The notes: generated by a model not told the origin, from the sequence alone. Positions 27,341 through 40,866 are shown, numbered from the stretch's first letter. The stretch is 64,000 nucleotides of DNA from Octopus sinensis (GCF_006345805.1 NC_043009.1:45508001-45572000); one strand, 5' to 3'. Program-made: numbers and translations.

Positions 27341-27859
27341 AATATCCTTGATTAAGGATATTCTCTATTTATTGCCTTCTCTTGGAGGACGCAATAATTA
27401 GCTTACGTGGAAATCTCTCAATAACATATGCTTAGCTATTCTGATAACGGCTGTAAGAGAATTGACTTATTTACTAATTCAGTATTGTGTTTCAATTATA
27501 AATTAAATGTTCTAAAGTGACACCACGTATTCATTGTCTATTCTTATTTTGAACCCCCGCCTCACAAAATATAATTAAGATTCGGCTGAATTAGGTATTT
27601 AGATTGCAGCACCTTGTTAAGTCGGTCTAATTTGCACCCCTAAACAATATCAGATAAATATCAGACTCTGTGCAGAAGTGTTTTTCATTCGATATTCTGG
27701 CAATGTATGTAGATGACACGACCCAACTTAGTGAAGATATCCGTTCTTAGTTGTTCAGACATGTACTTTTTATAAAAATACAAAAATACATTCTATAAAA
27801 TTTCCGTAGTGCAGATTCCATAGTATGTGAATAAAATATAGATGAGTAACAAATATGTA

Positions 27860-28182
27860 CAGGTGTCAAATCATTATGACTGTTTCAAGCGATTCCTTTA
27901 ATTGATTAATGAAAATATAACATTGCAAAGAAACCGTTTTCGTCAGATGATTGAATAGACTTCACACACAAAGGACAACATTTCTGTCAAAGATATAACA
28001 GCAGAATCAATGTAAATATTTGAGCTCTGTTGGTGATATGAATATGTTAAAACAGTTGGGTTGTCTTTTCTGTGTGAAGTCTATGCAGTCATCTGACAAA
28101 AAAGGTTTCTTTGCAATGATGGAATGTTTTCATTAATCAATTAAATGAGCCGTTTGAAACGGCCGTAGCGAATTGACACCTG
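27860..28182. mobile_element. Tc1/mariner-type MITE with about 120-bp TIRs and TA target duplication
   Basis: TA|CAGGTGTCAA...GACAAC pairs with GTTGTC...TTGACACCTG|TA; long imperfect arms (e.g. TTTAATTGATTAATGAAAA, CATTGCAAAGAAACC, ATAGACTTCACAC). Confidence 0.85.
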
Positions 28183-29042
28183 TACATCTTTGAAAGCCAT
28201 CTCTTTATATATATGTATATATATATATATATATATATAAAAAATTATATGTGTGTGTTTGTGGTTCTAATGCTTTTTTTTGTAACTGCGAAATTCGAAT
28301 CAGATAAGGCTGTGCATAATACCGTATAATTATTGTGCTAAAACACCCTTGGAAAAAGTACGAAGTCTCGAGCACAGACCTTCTATAAACATGATATACA
28401 CTCTACCATTGGACATTATGCATAACTCTATCTGTTTCTAATTTTACCGCTCCATGATATCAAATGTATACACATCCACACTCCTCCGCACACACACACA
28501 TTTATACAACACTAAGGTACATACATTCGCATCACGGCATTTTATTGTTCGCATGGATTCTCATTACTGTATTAAGTAACAGTAGAATAATATCTCTTGG
28601 TTTTAATTGTAAATACCTTCCGGAGCCATCTTTCTCTTTTAGCTTTCTAAGATCGCCAAGTACATATACCAGTAACATATGTACTTGACTGTACCCGCTC
28701 ATAGATATTAGCCTTGTACTAGAAATCGATGTATTAAAAACCAAGTCATGCGATTACATACGTTTTAACTCTAGTTACGTATATGTGTACATCTAACATA
28801 CAGCAGCTATGTTGTAAAGACAGTCTTTCGAAATATATCAAATTCCTAGAGAAACTGATAATATATAAATCGTAGGTTCTTCTCCCGTAACAGCCTTCAG
28901 GCTTAAAAGGAAAATAAAACTTTTATATTGATTTCTGTTTCATTTTTTTTTATAAATATATACGCTTTTGAAATATTTATCTTCGACGAGGAAGCCAAAA
29001 ATAGGTAATCTTAACCCTTTAACCTCTCACAATATATACGCA

Positions 29043-29212
<170 letters not shown>

Positions 29213-32034
29213 CTGTGTAGGACAGTAGACAAGGATAACTTAGGATGTCCACAATTCCACAAAGTCAGCTACACGGATCACAAATTGGTGACGTGTACGC
29301 TAGACTTAGATAAGGCACATAGACAGGGTCCTGGGTACTGGAAACTGAACGCATCATTCCCGTCCAGACAAGTTTTCAGAGACCGGATTAGCACACTAGT
29401 AAAGAGGGCTTTGACGGGAGCCATCATCAACAACAAATGGTGGTTTGCCCTCAAGAGAGCAGTAAAAGCAGAAGCGATTAGGTACAGCAAAGCACTAGCC
29501 ATAGATAGAAATAGAGTAGAGGGTGAGCTAGTTAAGAAGCTAGAAGAGGCAATTAGAAGCGGCATCGCATCCGACGTTTTGGCGGCGAGGTTGGCCCTCG
29601 ACCAACACTTCAACGCCAAACACGAAGGATGTGCTGTCAGAGCTAGGATGCGTGCTCTAAGGAACGAAGGTGTTGGAGCCGCGAGAGAGGCCCGGGTGGC
29701 AGAGGCGCAACAGGGCAACAAAGCCACCATTCAGTCACTGGTAGATGAACAGGGGCGCGAATTGCTCGAGCCAAGTAAAATGTGTGAGGCCTTTCAGCAG
29801 CATTTTGCCCGACTGTTCGGGACGAGTGGAGGGCAAGAACGTAGGGTAGACTTCAGTGCCTACCTACATAGCCTGCCACGACTCTCGACAAGAAAGGCAG
29901 GTGCTGCGAAGGTGCCATCACGGCGGCGGAAGTGCGGGAAGCGATGGCAGAATGCTCGAGGGACAAATCACCGGGTTTGGATGGTCTACCCTACGAATTT
30001 TACTATTGCATGCCAGACTTGTTTGGAGACGTCTTGGCAGCAGTATACTGCAACTGGCAGCAAAACGGGAGCATACCCGGTTTTGTGAGTCGAGGAGCTG
30101 TAACTCTGCTGAAGAAAGATCCAAACAAGGGAAACATTATAGATAACTTTAGGCCAATCACTCTGCTCAATGCAGACCTGAAAATTTTGACAAAGGTGTT
30201 AGCCAAGAGGTTGGCGCTTGTCATGGAGAAACTGGTCGACAACGCACAAACGTGCGCCGTGCCGGGCCGGAGCATCCATGACAACCTCCATCTGATGCGC
30301 TACATCATAGACAGGGTAGTTAACGAACCTGGCATGGGTGGGGCCCTGATCAACTTGGATCAATCGAAAGCCTTTGATAGGGTAGACCATCGATACTTGG
30401 AGGCAGTCCTGAGAGCGGCTGGTTTCGGTCCCGTCTTCCGCGGCTGGATAGCTGCCTTGTACAGAGGCATCCGTTCGGTAATTCGCGTGAATGGACATCT
30501 ATCGAGACCCTTCGACATTGCACGTTCGGTCCGTCAGGGATGCCCCCTCTCGGCGCTTCTATACGTATTGACTCTTGAGCCACTACTGCGGAAGCTGGCG
30601 ACTCTGAGGGGCATCCCGCGAGAATTAGGATGCGGGACGAGCGTGTCTGCATACGCGGACGACGTCACCGTCATAGTGTCAAGCCACGAGCACATCGAGC
30701 GGGTCGGCGAGACATTGAAAGACTACGAAGCGGTGACAGGAGCAAAAATCAACCGCGAAAAGTCAGTGGGCTTGCGGCTCGGCACCTGGAGAAACAAGCC
30801 CATGCCGTCCACCAGTACCTCCGTCGTGGGACGCTGGACAGACGGCCCGGTTGAGTTGCTCGGGGTCTGGTTCGGTCCGGACCTCCAAATGGAGAAGAAC
30901 TGGAACGAGATAACGAGTAGGGTGGTCACTCTCGCCCAGCAATGGGCCGAGAGGAAACTGTCCCTAAAAGGTCGGGTGGAGGTGGTGAACGCGTACATCG
31001 CGTCCATCATCTACTACCGCCTGACCGTCGTACCTTGTCCCGACCCTACCATCACCAAACTAGAACGCATCCTCTTCCGCTTCTTGTGGAAAGGATGCGT
31101 CCCGATGGTCAGGCGATCCATTTGCTGTCAACACCCGTTAAAAGGAGGGCTGGCATGCCGTGGTTGATGATGCGCAGACACGCGCTGAGACTGCGACATC
31201 TCCGGCTCTATGTAGACGACGGTGAACAGGTGTGGTCGCCGTTTGTGAGGCACGCATTCCCGCAACTCGTCTCCATGACCGAACTACAGTCGTGGATCAA
31301 AAAGAGGCCGAAGAAGGGCGAATGGCACCGCGAGTGTCGCGTTGCTCTCAAGCAACTCTGCCGTCCCGGGTCGACCTTGAGTGACTTCAACACAACAAAG
31401 CATTCTATAGGGGATTAGTGGAGGGGAGGTACGACGACGAGCTCGGGGCAAACCTGGGCGTCGACGAGGAATACCTGACCCGCCTGTTCCAAACGACTTT
31501 CGGCCCGGGACCTATGGACAACTTCCAGAGATCCCTGGCCTGGCGGTGCTACCGAGAAGCGCTAGCCGTTCGGGATAAGCTCTATAAGCATGGCTCGAGA
31601 AACACGGGGCCGACCTGCCAGAGATGCGGGCAGAGCGACGAAACCGCTCTGCACGCAATCGTGCAGTGTCCAGCAATTTCCCACCTGTGGGCTTATGTCG
31701 AACGACTGCTGTCACGTGTGGGACGTGTCGGTTTATCAGCCGAGTCTATCGTAATATCGTCACGCCTCCTTCCTTCAAACGGGAAGGAAGAGCTATTTTT
31801 ATCATACTTGTGGCTATGGCGAAAGAATGTATCTGGTGGACGCGTCTGAAAGGATTAGTGACAAACACTTTCCTCTCTGGTCAATCTCTCATCAACTTCT
31901 TCAAGTATCACTTGAAGAAAAAAGTGAGAGTAGAGAGGCAAGTTTTGTCTAGTGAATGTTTTAAAAAAAGATGGGTGAATGTAGCAAGGATGGCACGTAT
32001 GAATGACGAAGCCACCTTGACTATGATTCTATGA
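29213..32034 (+). pseudogene. LINE ORF2 reverse transcriptase, interrupted by four 1-nt frameshifts
   Basis: ORFs 29285, 29932, 30942, 31418 and 31624 join into one ORF2 if one base is restored near 29908, 31157, 31410 and 31753; stop at 32034. Confidence 0.85.
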
Positions 32035-32533
32035 ACCGTAAAAATTAATACAGAGAGTTGCTTATTTGCAAAAAAAAAAAAAAAAGAAATATAACATGTG
32101 ACTTCATTGACCGAGGTTACCGTGGCCTTTTCCGTAGGCTTTTCTTTCCACGGGTAAACCTCACCTGTCCTCCCCTTTACACTTCATATTGACATTTCTG
32201 TGATAACGATCCCTATTGATCAATTTTTTTCCTCTCCCCCTCTTTTTTTAACCCCCCCTTTTTTGTCCTCTTTCTCTCCTTTTACGATCCCTTTTGATCG
32301 ACCCCACCCTTTTTTAAAATTAAAAAAAATTTTTTTTTTTTATTTTAAAAAAAAATTTTTTTACCTCCAAAAGAAAAGCTCTACCTTGTAATTTGTTCTA
32401 TCTGTGTGCAGCCCTGTGTGGCTAATAAAGAAACATATCCTTTTGTTTTTTGTTTTTTTCATCCCCCAAAAGAAAAGCTCTACCTTGTAACTTGTCCCAT
32501 CTGTGTGCAGCCCTGTGTGGCCAATAAAGAAAC
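29213..32533 (+). mobile_element. 5'-truncated Tx1/L1-clade non-LTR retrotransposon (ORF2 and 3' UTR)
   Basis: Starts in the APE C-terminus (SYTDHKLV), then GPGYWKLN, RT motifs KSPGLDGLPYEFY, FRPITLLNADLKI, LDQSKAFDRVDH, VRQGCPLS, YADD, and a C-terminal CxxC..H..C zinc knuckle (CQRCGQSDETALHAIVQC); ends AATAAAGAAAC. Confidence 0.92.
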
Positions 32534-32534
32534 T

Positions 32535-32571
32535 TATCTATCTATCTATCTATATGTCTATCTATCTGTCA

Positions 32572-32638
<67 letters not shown>
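32535..32638. repeat. (TATC)n microsatellite abutting the 3' end of the LINE
   Basis: Directly visible with a few variant units. Confidence 0.95.
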
Positions 32639-32643
<5 letters not shown>

Positions 32644-32659
32644 GTCTCTGTGTGTGTCT

Positions 32660-33290
32660 GGCTGTGTTTTCTACACCGCTTTCTGTACTCTTCCTCCGTA
32701 GTAAATCGACGACCTCGTGAAGGATGTTTGAGCGGTCCATAGAGGTGAAAGTCAGAAGGGGTAAGATCTGGACTGTGTGCCAGGTTGTCAGCAAGGCGAA
32801 ATCTAATTTTTCAATTATTGCAATGCTATGGGCGGCCGTATATGAGCATGCATCATCGTACAAGATAACACTTCATTTTATGAGAGCCCACGGCACTTGG
32901 TGCAAATTACTGATTTCAGTTTGCTGGACACATTTCACTGTAACCTATGCTGGTGACTTAAACTCCAGTCGATGTAATGTGCCAGTATGGGTCCCTTTTG
33001 CGTCTCAAAAATCTTCCCTTCAGTGGTGGAAGTCGATAGATGTCCTGCTCTTTCTTTGTGTTTTGCAATTGTTTGGCCTTCTTTCAACTTTATACAAAAT
33101 TCTATTCGGTAGGGCTTTGCTTTCTATTGACGGCGTTTCAGGGAAATCACTTTGTTTTGAAATTCCCCTCTGTCTTGTTGGAATATGTATCGATGTTCTA
33201 TGATTCCGATGAGTGAATCAATTTTTGTGCGGTGCATGATTTCTATCTTGGTGTCGAGTCTCTTGTCATTGAAACTGTTTGTCCCTACGG
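32660..33290 (-). mobile_element. mariner transposase remnant
   Basis: Minus-strand KGPILAHY, ILYDDACSYTAAHS (cf. LLHDNARPHTAA) and HSPDLTPSDFHLYGPLKHPSRGRRF (cf. YSPDLAPSDFHLFGPLK..LRGRRF). Confidence 0.75.
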
Positions 33291-33329
33291 GTATTATTAC
33301 AGTGTAAATACTATTTTTAAAGCAAAAAC

Positions 33330-34460
33330 AAAAAGCTGTTAGCGACTTTCAGTTCACATTTTGGTACCATTTATACACTTCCGTATTTCTTTCTCTACAT
33401 CTTCCATTTCGTGGCTCAATGTTTTACCCCACATCCTTCATTTTCTTCCAAGTCTTGTATGCGCTATATTGATCTAGCTCGTGGTCAGTGTGCCAGAATC
33501 AAGATCTAGGTTTACATCCTTGGTCAGTTTTCTTCTCTTAAATGTATCTTTTTGTCGACTTATCAATTCTAAACACAGTTCTGATATCATCGCTAAAGAT
33601 CTTCACGATAGGCAATAGATTGTCCAGCTGATTTATCGTTCTTGGCAAACGTCTTGAGGTTATTAATATAGAAGAAGAGGGTTTACTTAGCATCTTACAA
33701 GTTGTAGTTATTCATACTGTTGTTCAGTTAGTTCTTAAGTCATACTAGTGTAATGCAGAGGAGCAGTGATGATGGTGAGACTTCGTGGAAGATATTGCTT
33801 CTTATATTGATTAGTCACCATATTAAATAAGCATCGATACGGTAGAGGGTCAGCGTAATTTCTCAGGACCTCATGCGCGCGTGAAGAACTTGTCAGATAT
33901 TGCGCTGACTTTGGTGATCTTGGCCCTTTGCTATCTAAGAATGTGAAATGTTGTCAAATGCATCCTTGTATCCTATTTATGCAGTTGGCAGATTCTTTTT
34001 CTTTGTTCTGATGTCTCGTAATATTTTTTTTATTGATAAATATCGGGCCTTTGCATAATTTCCTTTCTTACATCCTTTATGTTCTACTGGTAGAAAGTTG
34101 AGCACGTTGTAGATGTTCGTTGTGATGATGACAGCGATGATCTTGTACATTATTCGTAGGAAGGTGGTGGGTCTGTAATTCTTCGTGTTCTGCATCACTT
34201 TTACATCTCAGAGCTAATGGCTGTGGTTCCCCATGTGTATCACTCTGGCATTCTGCTTGATTCTTGATCATGGCAATGCAGGTCCGTGTTAAATCACTTT
34301 GTGTACTGACCAGGTTCTTGATACTGAAGTTGATTATTGTTGTTGCTGTTTGTTTTTTTGCTATGTCTTTTAAAGAGAAGAGTTATATCTGAGCCTCTTG
34401 TAATCAATTCACTTTCTACTCTTCGTGCACTATTTTAGCGTTGTCTCACACCCTTCTAAT
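33330..34460 (-). mobile_element. R4/Dong-clade LINE RT fragment, decayed
   Basis: Minus-strand KNYRPTTFLRIMYKII, PVEHKGCKKG, GYKDAFDNISHS, and FFYINNLKTFAKND...IFSDDI (cf. YRPITCL, EQKGC, DYKKAFDSIPHSW, FYMDDLKLFAKND). Confidence 0.75.
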
Positions 34461-35024
34461 TTCCTTCATCAGTCGGGCTCACCCGAATCCTAAACTAAAT
34501 AAATGTGGTCGCTGATGTTGTTGTTGCTATTGCTGTTGTTGTTGCTGTTTTCGTTGTTGTTAGCCCCATATCAGTCCCAGTGAAGCAGACTAAAGATAAA
34601 AGATATATCAGTTGTGCGTATGCCATTTTTAAAATTCAAATATACTGTATAAAGAAAAAAGAATCAATAGAGTGTGGCTTGAGGAAAGGTATATGGCTGG
34701 TGCTTCTAGTAGCGTGATCAACCACATAGACGCTCTGTGCTTGGGTTTAAGGAAGGCACATATATGGGAGATGCTTGAGGCTGATCCAGTATCATTCACA
34801 ATGTTTTTTTTAACAGAAACATTAGTCATATATTTTGTGCACTTGGAGTGCTTGTTATAAATCGAGTTTATTTCAGCTGAAGGCTGCAGTGCTATTTTTA
34901 ATTTTAAACAATTACGCTTCTAAATTCCATTCAAAGTTTGTTTTTATGGTATAACTGTTTGTTTTTACTTTATTAAACCCTACATATATTTCAATACCTA
35001 ATTATTTAGTGGTACACATGTACA

Positions 35025-35068
35025 CACATACATTCACACACACACACACGCACACACACACACGCACA

Positions 35069-35118
<50 letters not shown>
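35025..35118. repeat. (CA)n microsatellite
   Basis: Directly visible. Confidence 0.95.
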
Positions 35119-35119
<1 letters not shown>

Positions 35120-37297
35120 ATTCTTCTTTCTCTTAATATATTCCCGGGCTTCTGCATTCCCGTATGAATTGTTTAGATTTTTATCCATTGTCTCACATTT
35201 TAATATTTATGTTTACAAATTTACAAACGAACGTTTCTTCACTTCCTGTTAATGTTATGCTTTTAGTGAGTGATTAAAACACGACAAAATAAACACGATG
35301 AAGTGGGTGAAAAAAATAATTTATACTAATGGTGATTGATCATTATAATTCATTTTCGATGTGAAATGCAAATATAATTGATAGAAGAACAACTATAAAT
35401 ATCTCAATTAATTTATTATTAATCCAATAAGTTATTTAGACACCATATACAGATTCATTATCACGCATACGCTCCTGCAGACAAACTGAAATCACTAAGA
35501 ATTTACGCATGAGTATCTGCACACTCTTACTGACATGAATTTATTGATTATGGAAATAAGCTTGCTGCCTACCAGGCGGGTTGGATAAATTATTGGATGT
35601 GCGGCGTGTTTAGTAGTTCAGCTTAGTCTTAATTCTAGAGGAAAGAGTAGCATAATAAAGATAGAGCAGCTGAAGTGACACAAGTGGCAGGTTTATTAGT
35701 CTGATAAGTGTTCCTATTGTACTTAAGTTGGTGGTGGTTGAGACTGTGATTGAGGTGATATTAATACTGATGACAATGTGATGAATCTAAGTGATATTAG
35801 CGCTACTTACAGCGGTAGCAGCACTCACTTAGCAGATGAAGAATAACGATTGTGCAGCGCTGGCGACAATGACGATAGTGTAAGGAAATGAGTTGAGTTT
35901 GAATATTGTAAGAAGTAGCAACATTTTCATTATGGAGAAATTAGGCTTTTGCTAAAGCGAGCAATACACGAGAGTAGAAGATAGAAGGATGAATACTAAA
36001 AGCAGGAAGAAAGAAGAAAAGAACCTGAAAAGAAAGAATAATCGATGCCGTGTTGTAAAGAAGGTGTGGTGACTGCCACGTGATTATATGTGACGTCAAT
36101 CGATTGCTGACGTAATACGAGCTTGCTTAGATATAGTCGCTTATGGCCCCTCTCTTACTGAGGAACAAGTGGGAAGAAAGACAGCCAATGGTAAAAAGAA
36201 TCTACTCCACTTCTGTAAATATAAATCTAAAAACAAATACTACTATGCAAGCATGCACATGCATTTACACGCGTGTGCTGTTGCATTTTGCGCGCCATTT
36301 ATGTGTTCACTAGCTTACGTCTAAGCTTTGCAGTCATGGCATCACCCCATCAGCTTCCTTTGCATGAACACCACAAAATCTCATGTTGCTTCCTTTGGAA
36401 ATAGGAATCTCAGTCCCTTGCTAGCATAACTTATTATTTCTAAATATTAAAATAATTGAAACATTCATTAACTTACTCTTATCTCTTCATACTTATTAGC
36501 CATTTCGAATTAATTTGTTCACTGCAATTAATCTGTTTCTACTTCCCCTTAAATTCAATTGATGCATATTACTTCATTTCTAAAGATACAATGGCTTTCA
36601 AAGAACTAAGTTATTAAAAACATTAAATGATTAGATAAATGAACCAAAGACGGTAAAAGGAATATTCTTTGTTCATTCTCAAACGTGGAGATGCAGAGAA
36701 AGTAGATCAAGCTCCAAGAAACTTTTATTTCACTTGGAATATTTATGCAACAGTTCAGACGTTTGTGATTTCTTTTTTATATACTTCAATCAAATAAAAC
36801 TTGTCAACAAAATAGATCAACTTGAAGAATGTATTTAATAGCGTTCCCCATTCTTGAGGATTAACAAAATTAACCCTGCATTTATATTTTGCTTATTTCA
36901 AGCATCGGAATTTAGGTATTACCCTGGGACACCGCGTTGCAGAGTTGTTGAAGGCTTAAAGTGTATTTATTGAATCTTCCAAAACAATCGATGTGAGCAG
37001 GATTTGTATTTATAATGCAAATATTTATGGCCTTTCTATGCCCATTGGCCTTATGGAGCTGAACACGAAAACTTCATTTTCAAGGCGTTGTCACGAACAG
37101 TTCGGCAAAAGAGATATATAGATTAATATGCGGTCTATCTATTCAAGTGAAAGAGTAAAAGGCATATACAAATTAATGAAAGAGCAGTCACGTAATTACG
37201 TTCTTAAATTTATTGTTGTCATTCTATAAGAAACATTGCACTGAGATTAAAGCGCAATGTTTCTCGAAGCTTCTCCAGAGTCATTAAAATGAAGTGC

Positions 37298-37342
<45 letters not shown>

Positions 37343-37444
37343 ATATGTATGTATGCATATATATTCTTTTTTCTTTTATTTCTTTCAGTCGGTGTTCCAG
37401 TATAGCAACAGTCCAATGACTGAAACAAATAAAAGAAAGAAAGA

Positions 37445-37496
<52 letters not shown>

Positions 37497-37501
<5 letters not shown>

Positions 37502-37900
37502 TTAGTCGAACGAATCTTTGTAGCCTAGTACTTATTCCATCGTTCTCTTTTGCCGAACCGCTAGATAACGGGGACGTCAACGCACCAACATCGGCCGTCA
37601 AATGATGGTAGTGGGAACAAACACACAAACACATACACACACATACATACATACATACATGCATACATACATGCATATTTCTATATAGGTTTTAGACAAT
37701 TCTATCATATTAAATCCGTTTACGTATGTATGTATATATATATATATATATGACGGGCTTCTTTCAGTTTCCGTCTACCAATCCACTCGAAGGCTTTGGT
37801 CGGCCCGAGGCTATAGTAGAAGACACTTGCCAAAGTAGCCACGCAATGGATCTGAACCATGTGGTTGGTAAGCAAGCTACTTACCACACAAACACTCCTG
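37497..37900 (-). mobile_element. SINE family B with expanded internal microsatellite
   Basis: Reverse complement of the family B head (37752-37895) and tail (37497-37620), separated by about 130 bp of CA/TA repeats. Confidence 0.8.
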
Positions 37901-37902
37901 CT

Positions 37903-37937
<35 letters not shown>

Positions 37938-37939
<2 letters not shown>

Positions 37940-38025
37940 CCAGTTTCGCACTGGGGTCGATGTAATCGACTTAATCCCTTTGTCTGTCCTTGTTTGTCCT
38001 CTATGTTTAGCTCCTTGTGGGTAGT
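37938..38025 (+). mobile_element. SINE family A 3' half
   Basis: ACCAGTTTCGCACTGGGGTCGATGTAATCGACTTAATCC...TGTTTAGCTCCTTGTGGG matches the reverse complement of 4250-4336. Confidence 0.8.
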
Positions 38026-38379
38026 ATATATATATATATTATGAAGTTTTTTTAGGAAAGTATAGAAAGCATGGAAGTGCTCGAGTCAAACCCGAAACGC
38101 CAGACAAATACAAGAGATACAGAGAAGTTCAACTGAGGCAGACTACGATTGGTGCATACATATACGGATTTAATATGATAGAATTGTCTGAAACCTATAT
38201 GAATACATTCAGAATATAAAGATAAAGAAATATAAATATATATATGAATGTTAAAAATATGCAAGGACAAATAAATATATAGATATATAAATATAATAGA
38301 GTACTGATAATAATATAGATAAGAATAATGAAATATAAAAATACATTTCTTTAAAAAATTCAAAATAAATTATGGAATG

Positions 38380-39345
38380 GAGGGAGTAGTAGATGTTTAA
38401 AAAGTTACCATATTTAAAGGAGATGAAGTATTCCGACGATCGTTTTTAGAGTTTATTCAAAGTGTACATACAATTTGACATTTCGAGATATTTGCCCGGG
38501 ATTTTGACAACATCCCTCGATCTGATATTGAAATTATCCTAACCGCGAGAAAATGTTGATAAATTTTTCAGATTATAAATGGATTACAAGCGACTCGACG
38601 TAGTATTTTGATATTACCATGGGTTCGTCAAATTCAGCCCAGGTGACAGACCTAGTGGGTCTCTATCTACTGTCTTAAATTAGGAAAAGCTACCCAAACA
38701 TATCTGGTGGACTATACAGGAATAATGCTCTATTCGCAGTAAATGGTTCATTTAAAGCGACGATTGAACGACTGAAGAAACCATTAAGAACATTTTTTGG
38801 AATTTCTTTAATCTCAATATTTTATTCGAGACTGACAAAAAATAGTCAACTCCCTAGACGTTACATTAAAGTTAAACACCACTAGCTGTACAGTAGACCA
38901 AATCAAACATTGCAATATATTAACGTTTTTTCTAATAATTCGAAATTAACTATCAGTAGTATTATCACCGCCATCTTCATTAGAATATCCAACCTATCAG
39001 TAAACGAGGAAATGTTTAACGCACACGCACCAATTTATAATCATGTCCTAAAATTAAGCGGTTTTCATGACCATATTTTCTACATCACCGACACCAAACG
39101 CCAAACTAAATTAGCTAATTTAACACCTCATAGTAATTCTGATATGATTAAAATAACCCCCTCATTAAATTATAAACCTATAACAAGACCTGTCTTATAA
39201 CCCTATTAAATTTTATAATCCTAATACTAGAAATTTTAATAACATGTTCCATACATGCCCAAACACCCTGATAGGGTAACGCACTCTGAATCTAAGAAAA
39301 GATAAATTATATGGTTTTCCCCACCTTTTTCGCTAAGAGCTAAAC
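38380..39345 (+). pseudogene. Penelope-like RT/thumb relic (possibly Naiad-type)
   Basis: FDITMGSSNSAQVTDLVGLYLL, GLYRNNAL (catalytic YRDD decayed), VNSLDVTL, YINVFSNN...RISNLSVNEEMFN...YNHVLKLSGF, and IIWFSPPFS; stops and frameshifts. Confidence 0.75.
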
Positions 39346-39469
39346 ATCTACAACATACACAAACACATATATACACACATATATATACATGTATATCTAT
39401 CTACTTATCTCTATATGTACATATACATACATACATACACACACTCACACACACACACACACACACACA

Positions 39470-39504
<35 letters not shown>

Positions 39505-40143
39505 CATATACATATATGTATATATAGCATAAATGCGTCAAATCTTGTTTTCACGTGGTTGTAGATATTTAAGAAAGAAAAATATTAAAAACGCACAGGT
39601 GGTTTGCATAATAACATTTATGCTAATATTAAGATCATAATGGAACGAAGAGTATTATCACTATATTATATATATATATATATATACATATACTTACATA
39701 CATACATATTTGCATATATACATAAATGTATAAACAATGTGGCAAGGTGACCACGTTGTTAGAACGTTGTTTTGGTTGTCTTGTAACAAATAATTTTAGT
39801 CAGGTTTATAGTCAATTAGTTCGTCAAGAATCTCTTACTGATTACATGAAATACATCATTGGGGATCTAATTTCTTTAATCAAAATATATTAAATCATTT
39901 GAAAAGTATCCCTTGTGACAACCTCAAAGACAGTATATACCATTATTAACAGCTAAAACCATTGCATTTTAATTTCTAAATGTTCATACGCTGAATTGTC
40001 TATGTTCAATAAAATAAGTACTAAACGTGTACTGTATTTGATGCAATTCGCTATATATTATTCCAAACTAATGGTGGCTTTCTGCCAATAGTAAAATCTA
40101 GTTCAAATACATACATACGTGCACACATACAGCACACACATGC

Positions 40144-40187
<44 letters not shown>

Positions 40188-40194
40188 CCTTTTA

Positions 40195-40260
40195 AGTGGA
40201 TTTGGTAGACGGAAACTGAAAGAAGCTCGTCGTATATATGTATACACACAGACAGACAGA
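40195..40260 (+). mobile_element. SINE family B internal fragment
   Basis: GTGGATTTGGTAGACGGAAACTGAAAGAAGCTCGTCGTATATATG, identical to part of the 41268 copy. Confidence 0.75.
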
Positions 40261-40662
40261 CAGACAGACCCCCCCATATATATATATAAACGCACACGCA
40301 CACTTAGTTGCTAGTGATATTAGAGTTGGGTACGAGATAAATCTATTTCAATTCAAGGACGAATCCATTTCCAGTTAACTTACGCCGTTGTTGCTCTTGA
40401 GAAACATCGTAAATAATCTATTTGAAAGTCAAATTTCTATATTGAAGCCTTTGATCACAGTTAAAAGTAATATTGGCTGACTAATTATATGCAATTAGCA
40501 TTTCATATGCACGTATGTATGAAAGCTACATCACCTGTCAAACGTGCAGGCGCACTAAATTTCACCTTAAATTATACTTGATGCTTGTAATTATCGCAAT
40601 GAGTTACACATACATACATTTATAGATATATACATGCATGTATGTATATGTATATATGTGTG

Positions 40663-40747
<85 letters not shown>

Positions 40748-40760
40748 GTATACATATGCT

Positions 40761-40860
40761 TATATAATTTACCTTCTTTCAGAGACTGATGAAGGAAGGA
40801 TTCGTAATATAGGCCTATTTTATGAATTAGCCAAGTCACGTTCGTTCGAGAAAGGTAATG
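40761..40860 (+). repeat. About 100-bp interspersed repeat, copy 1 (CTGATGA plus palindrome; possible dead PLE hammerhead repeat)
   Basis: Roughly 90% identical to 43655-43752. Confidence 0.7.
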
Positions 40861-40866
40861 TGCGTG

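Noticed and set aside
29278-31715. Minus-strand ORFs overlapping the LINE
   Set aside because: Antisense shadows of a GC-rich coding sequence
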